IMG/VR virus record: IMGVR_UViG_3300042451_001437
Direction: 5' to 3' (one strand)
Source: an uncultured virus (IMG/VR IMGVR_UViG_3300042451_001437)
Lineage: Duplodnaviria > Heunggongvirae > Uroviricota > Caudoviricetes
Length of the DNA stretch: 64,000 bases
The notes under the pieces are model-generated. The model was not told the origin of the DNA, did not search any database, and saw only the letters and a program-made list of their open reading frames with translations. A program made the translations under genes and the position numbers. Shown piece after piece: positions 28,391-39,314 of the stretch; position 1 is the first letter of the stretch, and each line of letters starts with the position of its first letter.

Positions 28391-30633
28391 TATTTTAAAT
28401 TAATGTTAATTGGTATTATTATTTTTTCAACAGGGGAGTTACTGTCATTCAAAATGCTATAATTAATAACTAAATTACCTTTAATATTCATTTCCTTAAT
28501 GATACCAGAATAAAATAACCCCATTCTACCAAAAACAACATTAAGTGAGATAACCATCTGTTCATCATAAAGTAACTTTTTTGAGTCGGTGCTCGCTGTT
28601 AAAGCAAAAGTTTGTTCTTTAAACAATGGATCTGTTACTAATTTTTGTAAAAGATTTTGTTGCGTGTATTCATTACCAGGGCCAGAAACTGAGGAAACAT
28701 TTAAAGGTGTGTTAACATTTTTTTCTAACACACTCATGTTAGTGAATAACCTCTGGTAGAGATTATTAAATACCTCTTCATTTCTTGGGGGTATTGTAGC
28801 TGGTGCGGGGTATTCATAATTTTTCTTATAAACTTCATAATCATCACTAAATAAGGTTTTAAAATAACTGAGTGTTTTTCTATTATTTAATTTAGGTAAA
28901 ACATAAGCTTCGGTATACAAATCACTGCCAGTTGGGAAATTTTGTATTTCATATGATGAAGTAGCTGTTGTGGATAAGTCAACACCAGACTCATTTGATG
29001 AGAATGTAATGTTTTCTAATATAATACTATTAATTAAAAAGTTTTTTTCCTCATTTATGTTTTTTAATTTAATACCTTCTATAGGTTTTTTGGAACCTTT
29101 TATGTTGGTTAATCCGCATTTTATATCTCTTATGTTTAATAAAGCGAGTGTTTTTACATCAATATTTGTTGCGTTTTTAAAAAAATAACCTTGGTAATTA
29201 CCCTTTTTTATCACATCTATTGTTATTTGCGATGTGGTTGGGGTTCCAGTTCCTGTATTAAAACCACCAGAAGATGGGCCATAACCTGTACTAAAACCAC
29301 CAGAAGAAGGGCCAGTAGGAAAGGTGTTGGTAGGTGTCGTATTAGTTGTTACTGTTACTGTTTGTTTACCTAATTCAACTTCAATAGGTTCAACCTCAAA
29401 TAAAAAACCTTCTTTAGCCGTTAAATATTTTGTGTCCGTTAGATAATAAGGTCCAATCACTTTTTCTTTAAGTGGTAAAATATTTCTATAGGCTGGTAAT
29501 AGTTCTGTTTGCACACTATTTGTTGGTTGTTCGTTCTCAACAAAGAATTTTGACCAATAATCATCATAAGCAAATTCATACAAATCAATCTTATCAACTT
29601 CTATATCAAAATCACCAGTTGCCCCGTTCAAATCAAAAATTTTATATTTTTTTGATGTGTAGTCCAACTCGTATTTTAAATACAAATTTTTTTGATCGAA
29701 AACCTCAACATCCTGTAACCATTTTTTTTTCTTATTGCTTTTTGCTGATGGTATAAATTCTATTTTTCTACCATTTAATGCGTCCCAAAAATAAAATCTC
29801 GCATAAAAATCAGACTTAATATATTTTTTTAAAAAGAAAAAAGAATACCCGTCAATACCTTCAGATAATTTAAATACGGGTCTTTTTTGGTATATACCTT
29901 CAGTTGTAACAGATTCAATAATATTACCCAACTCATCAAGCACATTATAAGATCTTGTTTCTCTTTTTTCTTTAAAAAGATATCTATCAGAAGCATATAC
30001 TGGTATTGTTGTTATCTTTTTTTGTTTTTCAACTTCGTATGTATCGTATATCTCTATAATCATAAAAGAGTTATACATATACGTTTTATTATTAAAACCG
30101 TATTTTAAATCAACCCAAGCATCTTTTTTACCCCAAAATGGTAAAGCAAATGTATTGTAAAAATGCGGGTAACCTGGTTTTCCTGGGTAATTTTTTCTTA
30201 TCTCAACAAGTGGGTCAACAACAACATATGGTTTACTTTCATTTATTTCAGTTCTAGTTAAATCAGCGATTCCTTCAAACTGTGGGGCCATTAAATCCTC
30301 GTTATCTCGTATTTCAAGTGCTTCGGTTCTTGCTGAAGTTATTAACTTTAAAACTTTATTACTGTAAGTTTTAAAACCTGGTTCAACATAATTTTTAATA
30401 TCATTTATCTCATCTTTTAATAGATACGTTAAAAAGAATATATCAAACTGAATATTATTACTAGCATGTTTGTATTCAATAGACTCAAAATCAATCACAC
30501 TATTAATGTTAGTTAATGATTCAACGTTCAGTATTTTTTCAAAAACAAAGTCTCTATCAGAAGAACTATCTTCTGAATATAGTGATATATTTGTTACCAA
30601 ATTAGTGTCTCGTTTAAAAGGTTTTTTTAACAT
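28390..30633 (-). CDS. Hypothetical virion protein (747 aa)
   Basis: Full ORF with a T/G/P/S low-complexity insert (GPSSGGF x2). Confidence 0.75.
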   Translation of the reverse strand: MLKKPFKRDTNLVTNISLYSEDSSSDRDFVFEKILNVESLTNINSVIDFESIEYKHASNNIQFDIFFLTYLLKDEINDIKNYVEPGFKTYSNKVLKLITSARTEALEIRDNEDLMAPQFEGIADLTRTEINESKPYVVVDPLVEIRKNYPGKPGYPHFYNTFALPFWGKKDAWVDLKYGFNNKTYMYNSFMIIEIYDTYEVEKQKKITTIPVYASDRYLFKEKRETRSYNVLDELGNIIESVTTEGIYQKRPVFKLSEGIDGYSFFFLKKYIKSDFYARFYFWDALNGRKIEFIPSAKSNKKKKWLQDVEVFDQKNLYLKYELDYTSKKYKIFDLNGATGDFDIEVDKIDLYEFAYDDYWSKFFVENEQPTNSVQTELLPAYRNILPLKEKVIGPYYLTDTKYLTAKEGFLFEVEPIEVELGKQTVTVTTNTTPTNTFPTGPSSGGFSTGYGPSSGGFNTGTGTPTTSQITIDVIKKGNYQGYFFKNATNIDVKTLALLNIRDIKCGLTNIKGSKKPIEGIKLKNINEEKNFLINSIILENITFSSNESGVDLSTTATSSYEIQNFPTGSDLYTEAYVLPKLNNRKTLSYFKTLFSDDYEVYKKNYEYPAPATIPPRNEEVFNNLYQRLFTNMSVLEKNVNTPLNVSSVSGPGNEYTQQNLLQKLVTDPLFKEQTFALTASTDSKKLLYDEQMVISLNVVFGRMGLFYSGIIKEMNIKGNLVINYSILNDSNSPVEKIIIPININLK

Positions 30634-32297
30634 TTGTTGTCGGTGTAAGTTTTAAATGAATCGTTATTTACATCATCATTATTATCCCCAAATAAATCAT
30701 CAGTAACATTTCTTATATAGTCAACTGTAACATTAACAGAATCAATATTTGTTATATCATTAACATTTAATGCGTATTTTTTAGTTTTATTTTTTTCACT
30801 TAAAACGTGAAAATTTAATCTCTGATATGTGTATCTGCTCCCATTTAAAAATGGAAAATCCAGTAAATTACCCTCATCATCTGAAAACCCTGGATCTAAT
30901 ATATCTCTCCAAATAAATTTATCGTTTTTTCTACTGTAAACAGCGTATGTTGGTATAAACTTATTCGATGTGGAGTCTTCAATATAAGTCGATTTTAACC
31001 TAAGTTTAATCTCATAAAAAGGTCTATATTTGAATATTACGTCATTATGAAAAAAATTATGCATAATGGGTGATATTAATGTTTCGGAAAGTAACTCTGA
31101 AGAATATTCACAAATACCATAATCTAAAACATTATTTAAATCTGGTTTATCCGAAACATCTGATGTTGATTTTTCAGCTATTGTTTTTATACCCTCGCCA
31201 GGGTTTGTGTAATCAATTAAATAATTAAAATTTGATTCTACAGAATTAAACGGTTTTGCTATTGTTGAACCATTTTTTATAATACCTAAATAACATTCAG
31301 TTATTGGTTCATTTTTATTATCATATAAACCACTTATATCCAAATCATCCGTAAAATAATAATTAATTAATTGGTTATTAAATAAATTATTTGAAAACCC
31401 ACATTGGTCTAAATCATCCGCTATATTCACAATTTTTAATTGTTTAACATAATATTCCAAAACCTCATTATCAACAACCTTTGATATAAAAAATCTAGGA
31501 TTTATCAAATCATACGGTGCGGGTCTTGGTATTTTTAACGCATTTAAAATTGTAGTATTATCTTTTGTTTGCACATTTCGTATGACATTAGTATATTGAT
31601 TTTGCTGTGTTGGTGTTGGTGCAGCGGGTATTGGTGCAGCCAAATTATTTATGCCAGGTAATGATTGTCTTTCTGGTGTAGCTGCTATAAAACTAGCGTT
31701 GGATAATATAAAATCTATTGTAATTTTATTACCATCAACATTTGTGATGTTATAAACCCCGCTTGGTATTTTAGGTGTATCCCCACTATTAATATAAACA
31801 GTATCACCGATTAAAAAATTGTGTTCAAAATGTAATAAAAAAGAAGCTCTCCTATCAGACATTTTAATGTTTGGGGTCATTATACTAGCAGGTAACCCCT
31901 TTGATAAATCGATATTAAATGTTTTGTTTGTATTACTTGATGATGTATATTTTATGGTGTATTCTTTTTTACCCTTTGCACCATTAAATTTAACTGGTAT
32001 TGCTAATACAACAGACCAGTTAGATTTATCAAATGTAAAAATTTTCTTATTTAAATTTATTTTTATACTCCTGTAATAAACTTCTCGTGATATAATCGGT
32101 GATATAGTTCCGTAAACTTTATATTTTAAATTTTCATTTTTTTCTTTAACATATTGATCATCCTGTGATATATTAGTGAATAAATTATATTCATTTCTAA
32201 CCATAGCAGGTTGCTCTAATATCACTCTAGATTTTAATGTTTCATTGGTTCCACCAAAAAACTTTTTTTCACCAAGTACTTCTATTATGTTACTCAT
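30627..32297 (-). CDS. Hypothetical virion protein (556 aa)
   Basis: Full ORF overlapping neighbours in the structural operon. Confidence 0.75.
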   Translation of the reverse strand: MSNIIEVLGEKKFFGGTNETLKSRVILEQPAMVRNEYNLFTNISQDDQYVKEKNENLKYKVYGTISPIISREVYYRSIKINLNKKIFTFDKSNWSVVLAIPVKFNGAKGKKEYTIKYTSSSNTNKTFNIDLSKGLPASIMTPNIKMSDRRASFLLHFEHNFLIGDTVYINSGDTPKIPSGVYNITNVDGNKITIDFILSNASFIAATPERQSLPGINNLAAPIPAAPTPTQQNQYTNVIRNVQTKDNTTILNALKIPRPAPYDLINPRFFISKVVDNEVLEYYVKQLKIVNIADDLDQCGFSNNLFNNQLINYYFTDDLDISGLYDNKNEPITECYLGIIKNGSTIAKPFNSVESNFNYLIDYTNPGEGIKTIAEKSTSDVSDKPDLNNVLDYGICEYSSELLSETLISPIMHNFFHNDVIFKYRPFYEIKLRLKSTYIEDSTSNKFIPTYAVYSRKNDKFIWRDILDPGFSDDEGNLLDFPFLNGSRYTYQRLNFHVLSEKNKTKKYALNVNDITNIDSVNVTVDYIRNVTDDLFGDNNDDVNNDSFKTYTDNKC

Positions 32298-34536
32298 TGT
32301 TTGTAAAATAATTTTTTTCTATTGATTTTAAACAATTAGCTCCATCCCAATAACCAAAATAATAGTAATTACCGTTATATCTATTTGACACATCTGGGTT
32401 AAATGCGGTTGGTGCTTCATTACCAGTATAAAAACCGTATGAGGTATAAACTTTATTATCTATTAAATCTTTTAATTCATCTGTAATATCATATATTGAT
32501 GTTTCTAAAACAGGGAATTTGTTTTGAAAATCAGTTGACGATATAAAAGGACCAGCTGTTATTGTTGGGCTATATGCTTGAGTAAATCTTCTGTGTACAC
32601 CAGCATCGTTTACTGTTGCATCAGGCCTCTTTGCCAATTCAATAGCAAATAAACTTAAGTTTAATGGCCCATCTGAGTTATCACCAAAATTATATGTCCT
32701 ACCATCACCATAAAAATTAGTACCAGTTTGGTAATCTAAAAAATCATCAGCCCTAAATATCTGGCTGTACACTTTACCCTGATTTAAACCAAATAAACCA
32801 CTACCAATACCGATATGGTATTCATAATCTTTAACCTTTTCATTAAAAGAATTAAGCGGGTCTATCCATAAATAATTTATAACCTTATCTGGAAAACGAG
32901 TCGCTGGGTCATAATTTTTATCATAATTATCGTTGGTGTAATCCATTTTGTTAAAATCAAGACCAGGCGCAAAATCAAAATAGTATCTTGGTATTAAAGT
33001 GGATCCGATTATTTCAACATCGTTAACATAAATTGCATCTTCTTTACTCACAGGAAAATTCCATGCAATATCCTTATTTGGGTTTATTGAAGGGAAATAT
33101 GTTAATTCACTACCAGCAAATGCTACATTGGTAGCTCTATGTTTATTATACCTAGTTTTTATGGTATAAAACTTTCTTTTTCTATTAACTAAATCGTATT
33201 CAAACAAACTATTTTTTGTACCTTCCCATCCACCTGTTAATGGTTCACCATTTCTTGATGCTGGTATTCTAACACCTGGTGTTGGTGATATGCGGTAACC
33301 ACCCCAAGGTATTCTAGTTTGGTAAGACTCACCATTCTCATATAATTCAAATGCGTAATAACCCTTTGTTGGTATACTATTTTCAGTATCATCGGTTGGT
33401 ACCAGATCACCAAACTGTGTTAGTTTATAATAATCCATGTACATTGGTAGTGATATCCTAAATATACCTGTAGAAGTTTCTGCTTTAAAAGCACCAACTC
33501 TTACCCTACTACCAGGGGATAATTTATCATCTAACTTATAAACGACAACAACCATATTATCTAATGGCCAAACTTCACATGTGTCACGATTTAAAGATTT
33601 ATCAAAACCGTATAATTCTATGGGTTTGTTATCAAAATTACTAAAGGTGTTATCATAGTTCATAAAAAACCCAGCACTTGGGCTTGCCACCCAACCAAAA
33701 AATACCGCTGTCGGGGTATACTTGTAGTTTACTTTAAAATCACATCTTGTTATTCCAACGTCATGTTCAACATCATCACCCCAAAAAGGTGATACGTTAA
33801 CTTGTTTTACCTCGTTAAAAATATTAGGCATCTCATTAATGTTGGTTTTAACCTCAACATTAAAAGTACCGTCTGACTGGTAAATGTAATTTGGTATTTT
33901 ATTTATATCAGAACCAGTGGCTGAGCTAACTGATTCAGCTATTGTTTTTATACTAGTGTATTGTGTTGTTGATTCAACTAAATCATTAGCAGATAATTCA
34001 AAACTTTTTGTATCAAAAAGATCAAAATCCATCATAATGTTATGTGAACCAACTGGTACACCAAATATCATATAATCACCAGAATCGTTTGTTATAGCCG
34101 TATACTTATAATATTTATCCATCACCTCAGCATATTGTGGGTAATGAACAAAGTCACTTGTGTTTGGTAGATTACCTACAGCTCTATGACTTGGATTTTG
34201 ATTTCTGTTTCTTGGTAATAAATTGTATCTAACCCCATTTGGGAATTGATCATTAACAGTTTCAAATGGGTATAACTCAGTTATATCTGGTCTTAATTTG
34301 TCATCAGCATCTATAGGTACAAATATTGACACCCTCGCATTTTGCAAACCGTAACCATTTGTTGTCTGAACTCTACCGACAATAACACCAAAATCAGATG
34401 AGGATTTTCTATAAACATCCGTACTGGATATTTTTAAACTTAAAATTTCTAGATTATCAAAATCATCTTCTAAGTTTACCTGTATCCTCTCATTTGTTTG
34501 GTTATCATTTAAAACTATTTTAATGTTTTTTTCCAT
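32290..34536 (-). CDS. Structural protein with N-terminal carboxypeptidase-regulatory-like (transthyretin-fold) domain
   Basis: GVIVGRV...GLQNARVSIF...TNDSGDYMIFGVPVGSHNI pattern. Confidence 0.6.
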   Translation of the reverse strand: MEKNIKIVLNDNQTNERIQVNLEDDFDNLEILSLKISSTDVYRKSSSDFGVIVGRVQTTNGYGLQNARVSIFVPIDADDKLRPDITELYPFETVNDQFPNGVRYNLLPRNRNQNPSHRAVGNLPNTSDFVHYPQYAEVMDKYYKYTAITNDSGDYMIFGVPVGSHNIMMDFDLFDTKSFELSANDLVESTTQYTSIKTIAESVSSATGSDINKIPNYIYQSDGTFNVEVKTNINEMPNIFNEVKQVNVSPFWGDDVEHDVGITRCDFKVNYKYTPTAVFFGWVASPSAGFFMNYDNTFSNFDNKPIELYGFDKSLNRDTCEVWPLDNMVVVVYKLDDKLSPGSRVRVGAFKAETSTGIFRISLPMYMDYYKLTQFGDLVPTDDTENSIPTKGYYAFELYENGESYQTRIPWGGYRISPTPGVRIPASRNGEPLTGGWEGTKNSLFEYDLVNRKRKFYTIKTRYNKHRATNVAFAGSELTYFPSINPNKDIAWNFPVSKEDAIYVNDVEIIGSTLIPRYYFDFAPGLDFNKMDYTNDNYDKNYDPATRFPDKVINYLWIDPLNSFNEKVKDYEYHIGIGSGLFGLNQGKVYSQIFRADDFLDYQTGTNFYGDGRTYNFGDNSDGPLNLSLFAIELAKRPDATVNDAGVHRRFTQAYSPTITAGPFISSTDFQNKFPVLETSIYDITDELKDLIDNKVYTSYGFYTGNEAPTAFNPDVSNRYNGNYYYFGYWDGANCLKSIEKNYFTNNE

Positions 34537-34538
34537 AA

Positions 34539-36353
34539 TTAACTAATTCCTGTTGCGATAACTGGTATCACCTTTATATCGACATCACTGTTTTTAATGT
34601 TTAACATTTGATACTCCTCAACAATTATATAATTGCCAGTTATATCTATTTCACCAGTTGCGGAATCAATTAAAGATTGACTGGTTGTGTTTGTTGAGTA
34701 ACCAACACCAGTTTTGTTAAATGCTTTAACATAATTAACGTTTAAAACACCATCAACCTGTGTAATCTTTTTAATCATCTCACCAACACTATAACTCTTA
34801 CCCAGTTGTTTTTTATCATCTAAAAATTCGTTTTTAACAATTGTGGTTATGTTTGATACAGCTGATATTTGTTGACCAACCTCAACCAAAACACCAATCT
34901 CAAAACCTAAATCAATAACTTCCGCTGGTTTAACAATTACATAATCATTTATCATCCTAAATTTTGATAAATAAGATGCTATGTTTTCCATCAATAAAGA
35001 TGTAACCGTGTTTGATATCTGACCGTTAGCATCGTATGAAAGGACGCCAATCTCAATCTTATTTTGTTTTTGTGTTATACTTGTTTTTGCTGGAGTACCA
35101 AATTGACTCGGCATACTCAATAACAAAACTTTATAGTCATTCAATGTCACAGCTCTATTTTGAGCGGCAAAGTTATAACCAATGTAATTTCTCAACTCTT
35201 CAACCGTTGGTTCATCAGATCCACCAACAGCTGGTGTTGTGTTTGTAACAACGATCGAAGACTGTACGGTTGAGTTAATAGCTGCATCTGGTCCGTTTAT
35301 AGTTGAATTTAACCTGTTAATTGTTGTTATTGTACCAGGGCCAGTGTTTGTATTAACCCCACCACCAATTCTGTATTTAACAAACATAGTTGTGTTTGCT
35401 ATTGGTGCCATACCAAGGCTACCGTTTCTTAAAAAACTTTTAAGATCAAAAGTACCACCATCTAAAAAGTCATCTAAAATATCAAAAGATGAATCAGTTT
35501 GCGCCCCAAATGTTACTGTACAAAAACCTTTTGGTGTAAACTCGGTAATATATCTTTTGTCTATTTTTTGGTAGATGCCTTTCGCAATACCGCTTACTCT
35601 TGGTGAATTTATATCTTCAACAAAAACACTATCCTCAGCTAATGATGGTACCTCATACCATTTATTAGGACTACTAATAAATTCACTATCAGTTGGTGTT
35701 GCCGTAAAGGTTGTACCCGCTTTATGAATTATAGATTCAACCGATAAAATATTGTTCTCTGGTAATGTTATCTTATAAAAAGGTGTTGAATTTACGAATG
35801 TTTGGTTATAAACTTTTGTTGTACCAGCGATAACAATACCAGTTTTTGTTATTGAATATGCTGTTATTTTGTTGTTTATAAAAATAGGTCTCTTTGTTCT
35901 ATCAACATTACCAGAACTATTAGTTGCTAAATTAAAATCAACATCATAAACTAATTCATATGTGTTTTCACCGTTTGAAACTTGGGTACCAGCTTTAATT
36001 ACAGGTAGATATCTTATGTCCTCTTGGTCGCCAAAAACAGGTACTTGGGCTGTAAACTCAACAACAGCAACTGCTGATGATTTTGTGGGCAATTTAAGGC
36101 CGTATGTCTTAGCAATGTTATATAATGACTGTTTTTCCTGTGCGTAGTCTAAAACAGTCTCCTGTAACGCCCTATCGATCTGAAAGTTTAAGTTATCAGC
36201 GATAGCCGCATTTAAATCTAAAAATACGGATAGGATTGACGCATCATTGAAGCTTTGTACAACTTCGGGATAATATTGTTTAATATAGTTGATTTGCTCG
36301 GTTTTTAAGGAAGCGAAATCTCTCTTACTATAATTTATTTGTCTATTTGCCAT
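34539..36353 (-). CDS. Baseplate wedge subunit (T4 gp6/baseplate J-like)
   Basis: DFASLK..YIK.YYP, AQEKQSLYNIAKTYG, YRIGGG, AVGGSDEPTVEELR, AQNRAVTLNDY. Confidence 0.88.
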   Translation of the reverse strand: MANRQINYSKRDFASLKTEQINYIKQYYPEVVQSFNDASILSVFLDLNAAIADNLNFQIDRALQETVLDYAQEKQSLYNIAKTYGLKLPTKSSAVAVVEFTAQVPVFGDQEDIRYLPVIKAGTQVSNGENTYELVYDVDFNLATNSSGNVDRTKRPIFINNKITAYSITKTGIVIAGTTKVYNQTFVNSTPFYKITLPENNILSVESIIHKAGTTFTATPTDSEFISSPNKWYEVPSLAEDSVFVEDINSPRVSGIAKGIYQKIDKRYITEFTPKGFCTVTFGAQTDSSFDILDDFLDGGTFDLKSFLRNGSLGMAPIANTTMFVKYRIGGGVNTNTGPGTITTINRLNSTINGPDAAINSTVQSSIVVTNTTPAVGGSDEPTVEELRNYIGYNFAAQNRAVTLNDYKVLLLSMPSQFGTPAKTSITQKQNKIEIGVLSYDANGQISNTVTSLLMENIASYLSKFRMINDYVIVKPAEVIDLGFEIGVLVEVGQQISAVSNITTIVKNEFLDDKKQLGKSYSVGEMIKKITQVDGVLNVNYVKAFNKTGVGYSTNTTSQSLIDSATGEIDITGNYIIVEEYQMLNIKNSDVDIKVIPVIATGIS

Positions 36354-36354
36354 T

Positions 36355-36771
36355 TTATACTGTTATTGATAATTTATCGCTCGTTGAGAATGTCTTTGAG
36401 CTTATTGTGTAATCCAAATTTATTCTAATTTGATGTTCCTTTTCGGTATTATTTAAAAATTCGGGTTCATCCCCAACTTTTGTAATATTAATAGCATTTA
36501 ATTTTAAATTCGGTATGTATTTTTCAACAGCATCCTGAATTTCATTCTCAATTTTAGCCAATGTGGTTTCATCAAGTGGTTCAAATATATACTGATATAA
36601 ATTTGTACCAAAATCTGGTAAGTAATATCTAGAACCTCTTCTTGTTAAAAGAAGGTGTATTAGCATAGATTTTACCTCAGCTTCTGGTATACTGGTTAAA
36701 CCAACATAGTCCCCGCTATTCGATTCAGTAAAGGGAAAATCAATACCAAATGTTTGTTTTTTAAGAGCCAT
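36355..36771 (-). CDS. Baseplate wedge/sheath initiator (T4 gp25/gpW-like)
   Basis: GIDFPF, LLLTRRGSRYYLPDFGTNLYQYIFEP, IQDAVEKYIP. Confidence 0.9.
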   Translation of the reverse strand: MALKKQTFGIDFPFTESNSGDYVGLTSIPEAEVKSMLIHLLLTRRGSRYYLPDFGTNLYQYIFEPLDETTLAKIENEIQDAVEKYIPNLKLNAINITKVGDEPEFLNNTEKEHQIRINLDYTISSKTFSTSDKLSITV

Positions 36772-36778
36772 ATTCTTT

Positions 36779-36790
36779 TATAAATAAATA
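36779..36790 (-). promoter_or_regulatory. Putative late-promoter motif (ACGA)TATTTATTTATA
   Basis: Two overlapping TATTTAT cores just upstream of ATG 36771 and just downstream of the nrdA terminator. Confidence 0.65.
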
Positions 36791-36815
36791 TCGTAATAAT
36801 TTATTTTTTGTAAAG

Positions 36816-36846
36816 AAAAAAAAATCCCGCCAATGTGACGGGATTT
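36816..36846 (-). terminator. Rho-independent terminator after nrdA
   Basis: Minus strand ATCCCGTCA-CAT-TGGCGGGAT stem-loop followed by a long T run. Confidence 0.85.
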
Positions 36847-36867
36847 CAATATTATCAAGGATTTAAC

Positions 36868-39282
36868 TTAAGCACTGCACCCAAAACAATCAAATTGGCT
36901 GTTTTCTGGTTTTGACACTTCCTGAACCTGAATTGGTTCTGGTTTTGGTGCGGGACTAGCAACAGGTGTTTCAGTAGCAGATACGTTAATCGCCAAGTGT
37001 TTTGCACCAGTTGAGATGGCCTTTGTTCTAACATAGTAACAAAGTGATTTAAGACCACGTTTCCAAGCCCAGAAATGACTAGAAGACAATTTTTGAACGG
37101 TTGGTGCTTGGAAATAAACGTTCATTGACTGTGATTGGTCAATAAATGGTGCTCTATCAGCAGCCATATCGATTAATTCTTTTTGCGATACTTCCCAAAT
37201 TGTTCTATATTTTTGGATTAGGTGCTCAATTCTTTTAATTTTTTTCTCATAATGTTTGTCAGCTGGATCCAAAAACTTGTTAAAGTTAATATTTTGGATT
37301 GAACCTTCGTTCATAATGATTTCATTTTTAAAAGCCTCTGACCAAATACCCAAATCTTCAAAATCTTCAATTAAGTATTTGTTAGCGATTAAGAACTCAC
37401 CACCCACAACTCTTCTGTTGAATAGGTTAGATGGGATAACCTCAGTCATCTCATATGAACCTGTGATTTTAGCTGAAGACGCTACTGGCATTTGTGCTGT
37501 GAACAAACTGTTGCAGATACCATGTTCTTTTACCAAAGTTTTTAAAGAATCCCAATCCCACATCAATTCACTCTGATCAACACCCCACATATCAAACTGG
37601 AATACCCCTTTTGACATTGGTGAGCCTTTAAAGTGTTTATAAGGTTTGTATTCCCCAGTTTTACACAATTCATTACTTTCGCTAATTGCGGCAAAGTAAA
37701 TTGTTTCAAATATTCTCTTATTAAGAGTTTTAGCTTCTTCAGAAGTAAAAACATAATCCATCAAGAAGAATACATCAGCAAGTCCTTGAACGCCAATAGC
37801 AATTGCTCTTTGCTCCAAACCACCTTTTTTACCTTTTTCGGTTGAATATGAGTTGATGTCTACCACTTTGTTAAGTGCTCTAACAATTTTTCTAACCTCA
37901 TGATATAATTGGTCAAAATCAAATGTTTTATTTTTAACGTAGTTTTTAACAACCACAGATGATAATGTACAAATAGCTGTTGTCTTTTCATCTGTAAACT
38001 GATAAATCTCGTTACAAAGATTTGACTGTTTAATAACCCCAATGTTTTGGTGGTTAGTTTTTTTATTGGCATTGTCTTTTGAACAAAGGTAAGGTACACC
38101 AGTTTCAACTTGTGCCTCAATAACCTTAATCCAAATATCCTGAGCCTTTACTTTCTTACCTAAGCCCATTTCTACGGCCTTATTGTAGTTAGCCTCATAT
38201 TCATCCCCAAAACACTCCTGAAGTGGCTTTAAACCGTTTTTAACGATATCATTCGGGCAGAACAAATACCAATCACCATCTTCTTCAACCGCTCTCATGA
38301 AATTATCTGGAATCCATAACGCTGTGAACAAATCTCTCGCTCTTAATTCCTCAGCACCAGTATTCTTTTTAAGTTCAAGAAGATCGAAAATATCTTTGTG
38401 CCATGGTTCAATATAAATTGCTGCACTTCCTGGTCTGCGACCTTGTTGGTTAAAGAAACGAAGTGATTCGTTTACAATTTTAAGGTACTTTAATAACCCA
38501 CCAGCAAAACCACCAGATGTTTTAATTCTACTTTCTTTACTACGGATGTTTGACATACATAGTCCAATACCAGCAGCGTCAGCAGAATAAACTGAAATAT
38601 CTCTTAAACTATCTAAAAGACCGTTTCTTGAGTCGTCATTATTGTAATGTAATACACATGAAGCTAATTGAGGTATTTTGGTACCTGAATTAATCATGAT
38701 GGGTGTTGCGGGCGAAATAAATTGGTTTGATAAAGCCTCATAATACTCAACAGCCTCTTCAAACGATTTAGTAACCCATAGGGCCACACGCATGTACATG
38801 TGTTGTGGTCTTTCAATTTGTTTACCCTGTGATGTTTTGGTTAAATACATCTCGTGTAAAGATCTCCAAGCGAAATAATCAAATTGGAAATCTCTTTCGT
38901 GGTTAATAATTGAATCAATGTTTTCAGGACCATAATTATCAATTATCTTGATTAGATCCTCATTGATGACACTATCCTCAGCTAACAATCTCATTGTTTC
39001 GCTGAAACTAGGGTTTGTTTCTTTATGATAGGAAGAAATAGCAATATTTGCGGCCAATTTACTGTAATCATAGTGACTACCAGTATATGAAGCAGCAATC
39101 TCAGCTAACAACTTATCAAGTTCTTTGGTTGTTACAACACCTTCGTTTGGTAACGAGGTGATGCCTTTTATAAAAATTTCGTCTGAACTAACTTTTAATC
39201 CTTTTGCCGCCTTTTTAATTCTCGTCAAAATCTTTGACGGATTAAACGCAGTTTGCTCATCATTACGTTTTTGTATGATCAT
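36868..39282 (-). CDS. nrdA: Ribonucleotide reductase class Ia alpha subunit with ATP cone
   Basis: N-terminal ATP cone, SPATP, LASC, SNLCNEI, YYVRT, C-terminal CFGCSA. Confidence 0.97.
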   Translation of the reverse strand: MIIQKRNDEQTAFNPSKILTRIKKAAKGLKVSSDEIFIKGITSLPNEGVVTTKELDKLLAEIAASYTGSHYDYSKLAANIAISSYHKETNPSFSETMRLLAEDSVINEDLIKIIDNYGPENIDSIINHERDFQFDYFAWRSLHEMYLTKTSQGKQIERPQHMYMRVALWVTKSFEEAVEYYEALSNQFISPATPIMINSGTKIPQLASCVLHYNNDDSRNGLLDSLRDISVYSADAAGIGLCMSNIRSKESRIKTSGGFAGGLLKYLKIVNESLRFFNQQGRRPGSAAIYIEPWHKDIFDLLELKKNTGAEELRARDLFTALWIPDNFMRAVEEDGDWYLFCPNDIVKNGLKPLQECFGDEYEANYNKAVEMGLGKKVKAQDIWIKVIEAQVETGVPYLCSKDNANKKTNHQNIGVIKQSNLCNEIYQFTDEKTTAICTLSSVVVKNYVKNKTFDFDQLYHEVRKIVRALNKVVDINSYSTEKGKKGGLEQRAIAIGVQGLADVFFLMDYVFTSEEAKTLNKRIFETIYFAAISESNELCKTGEYKPYKHFKGSPMSKGVFQFDMWGVDQSELMWDWDSLKTLVKEHGICNSLFTAQMPVASSAKITGSYEMTEVIPSNLFNRRVVGGEFLIANKYLIEDFEDLGIWSEAFKNEIIMNEGSIQNINFNKFLDPADKHYEKKIKRIEHLIQKYRTIWEVSQKELIDMAADRAPFIDQSQSMNVYFQAPTVQKLSSSHFWAWKRGLKSLCYYVRTKAISTGAKHLAINVSATETPVASPAPKPEPIQVQEVSKPENSQFDCFGCSA

Positions 39283-39314
39283 CTTATTTTTTTTTATTTT
39301 AATGTTTGTTTAAT

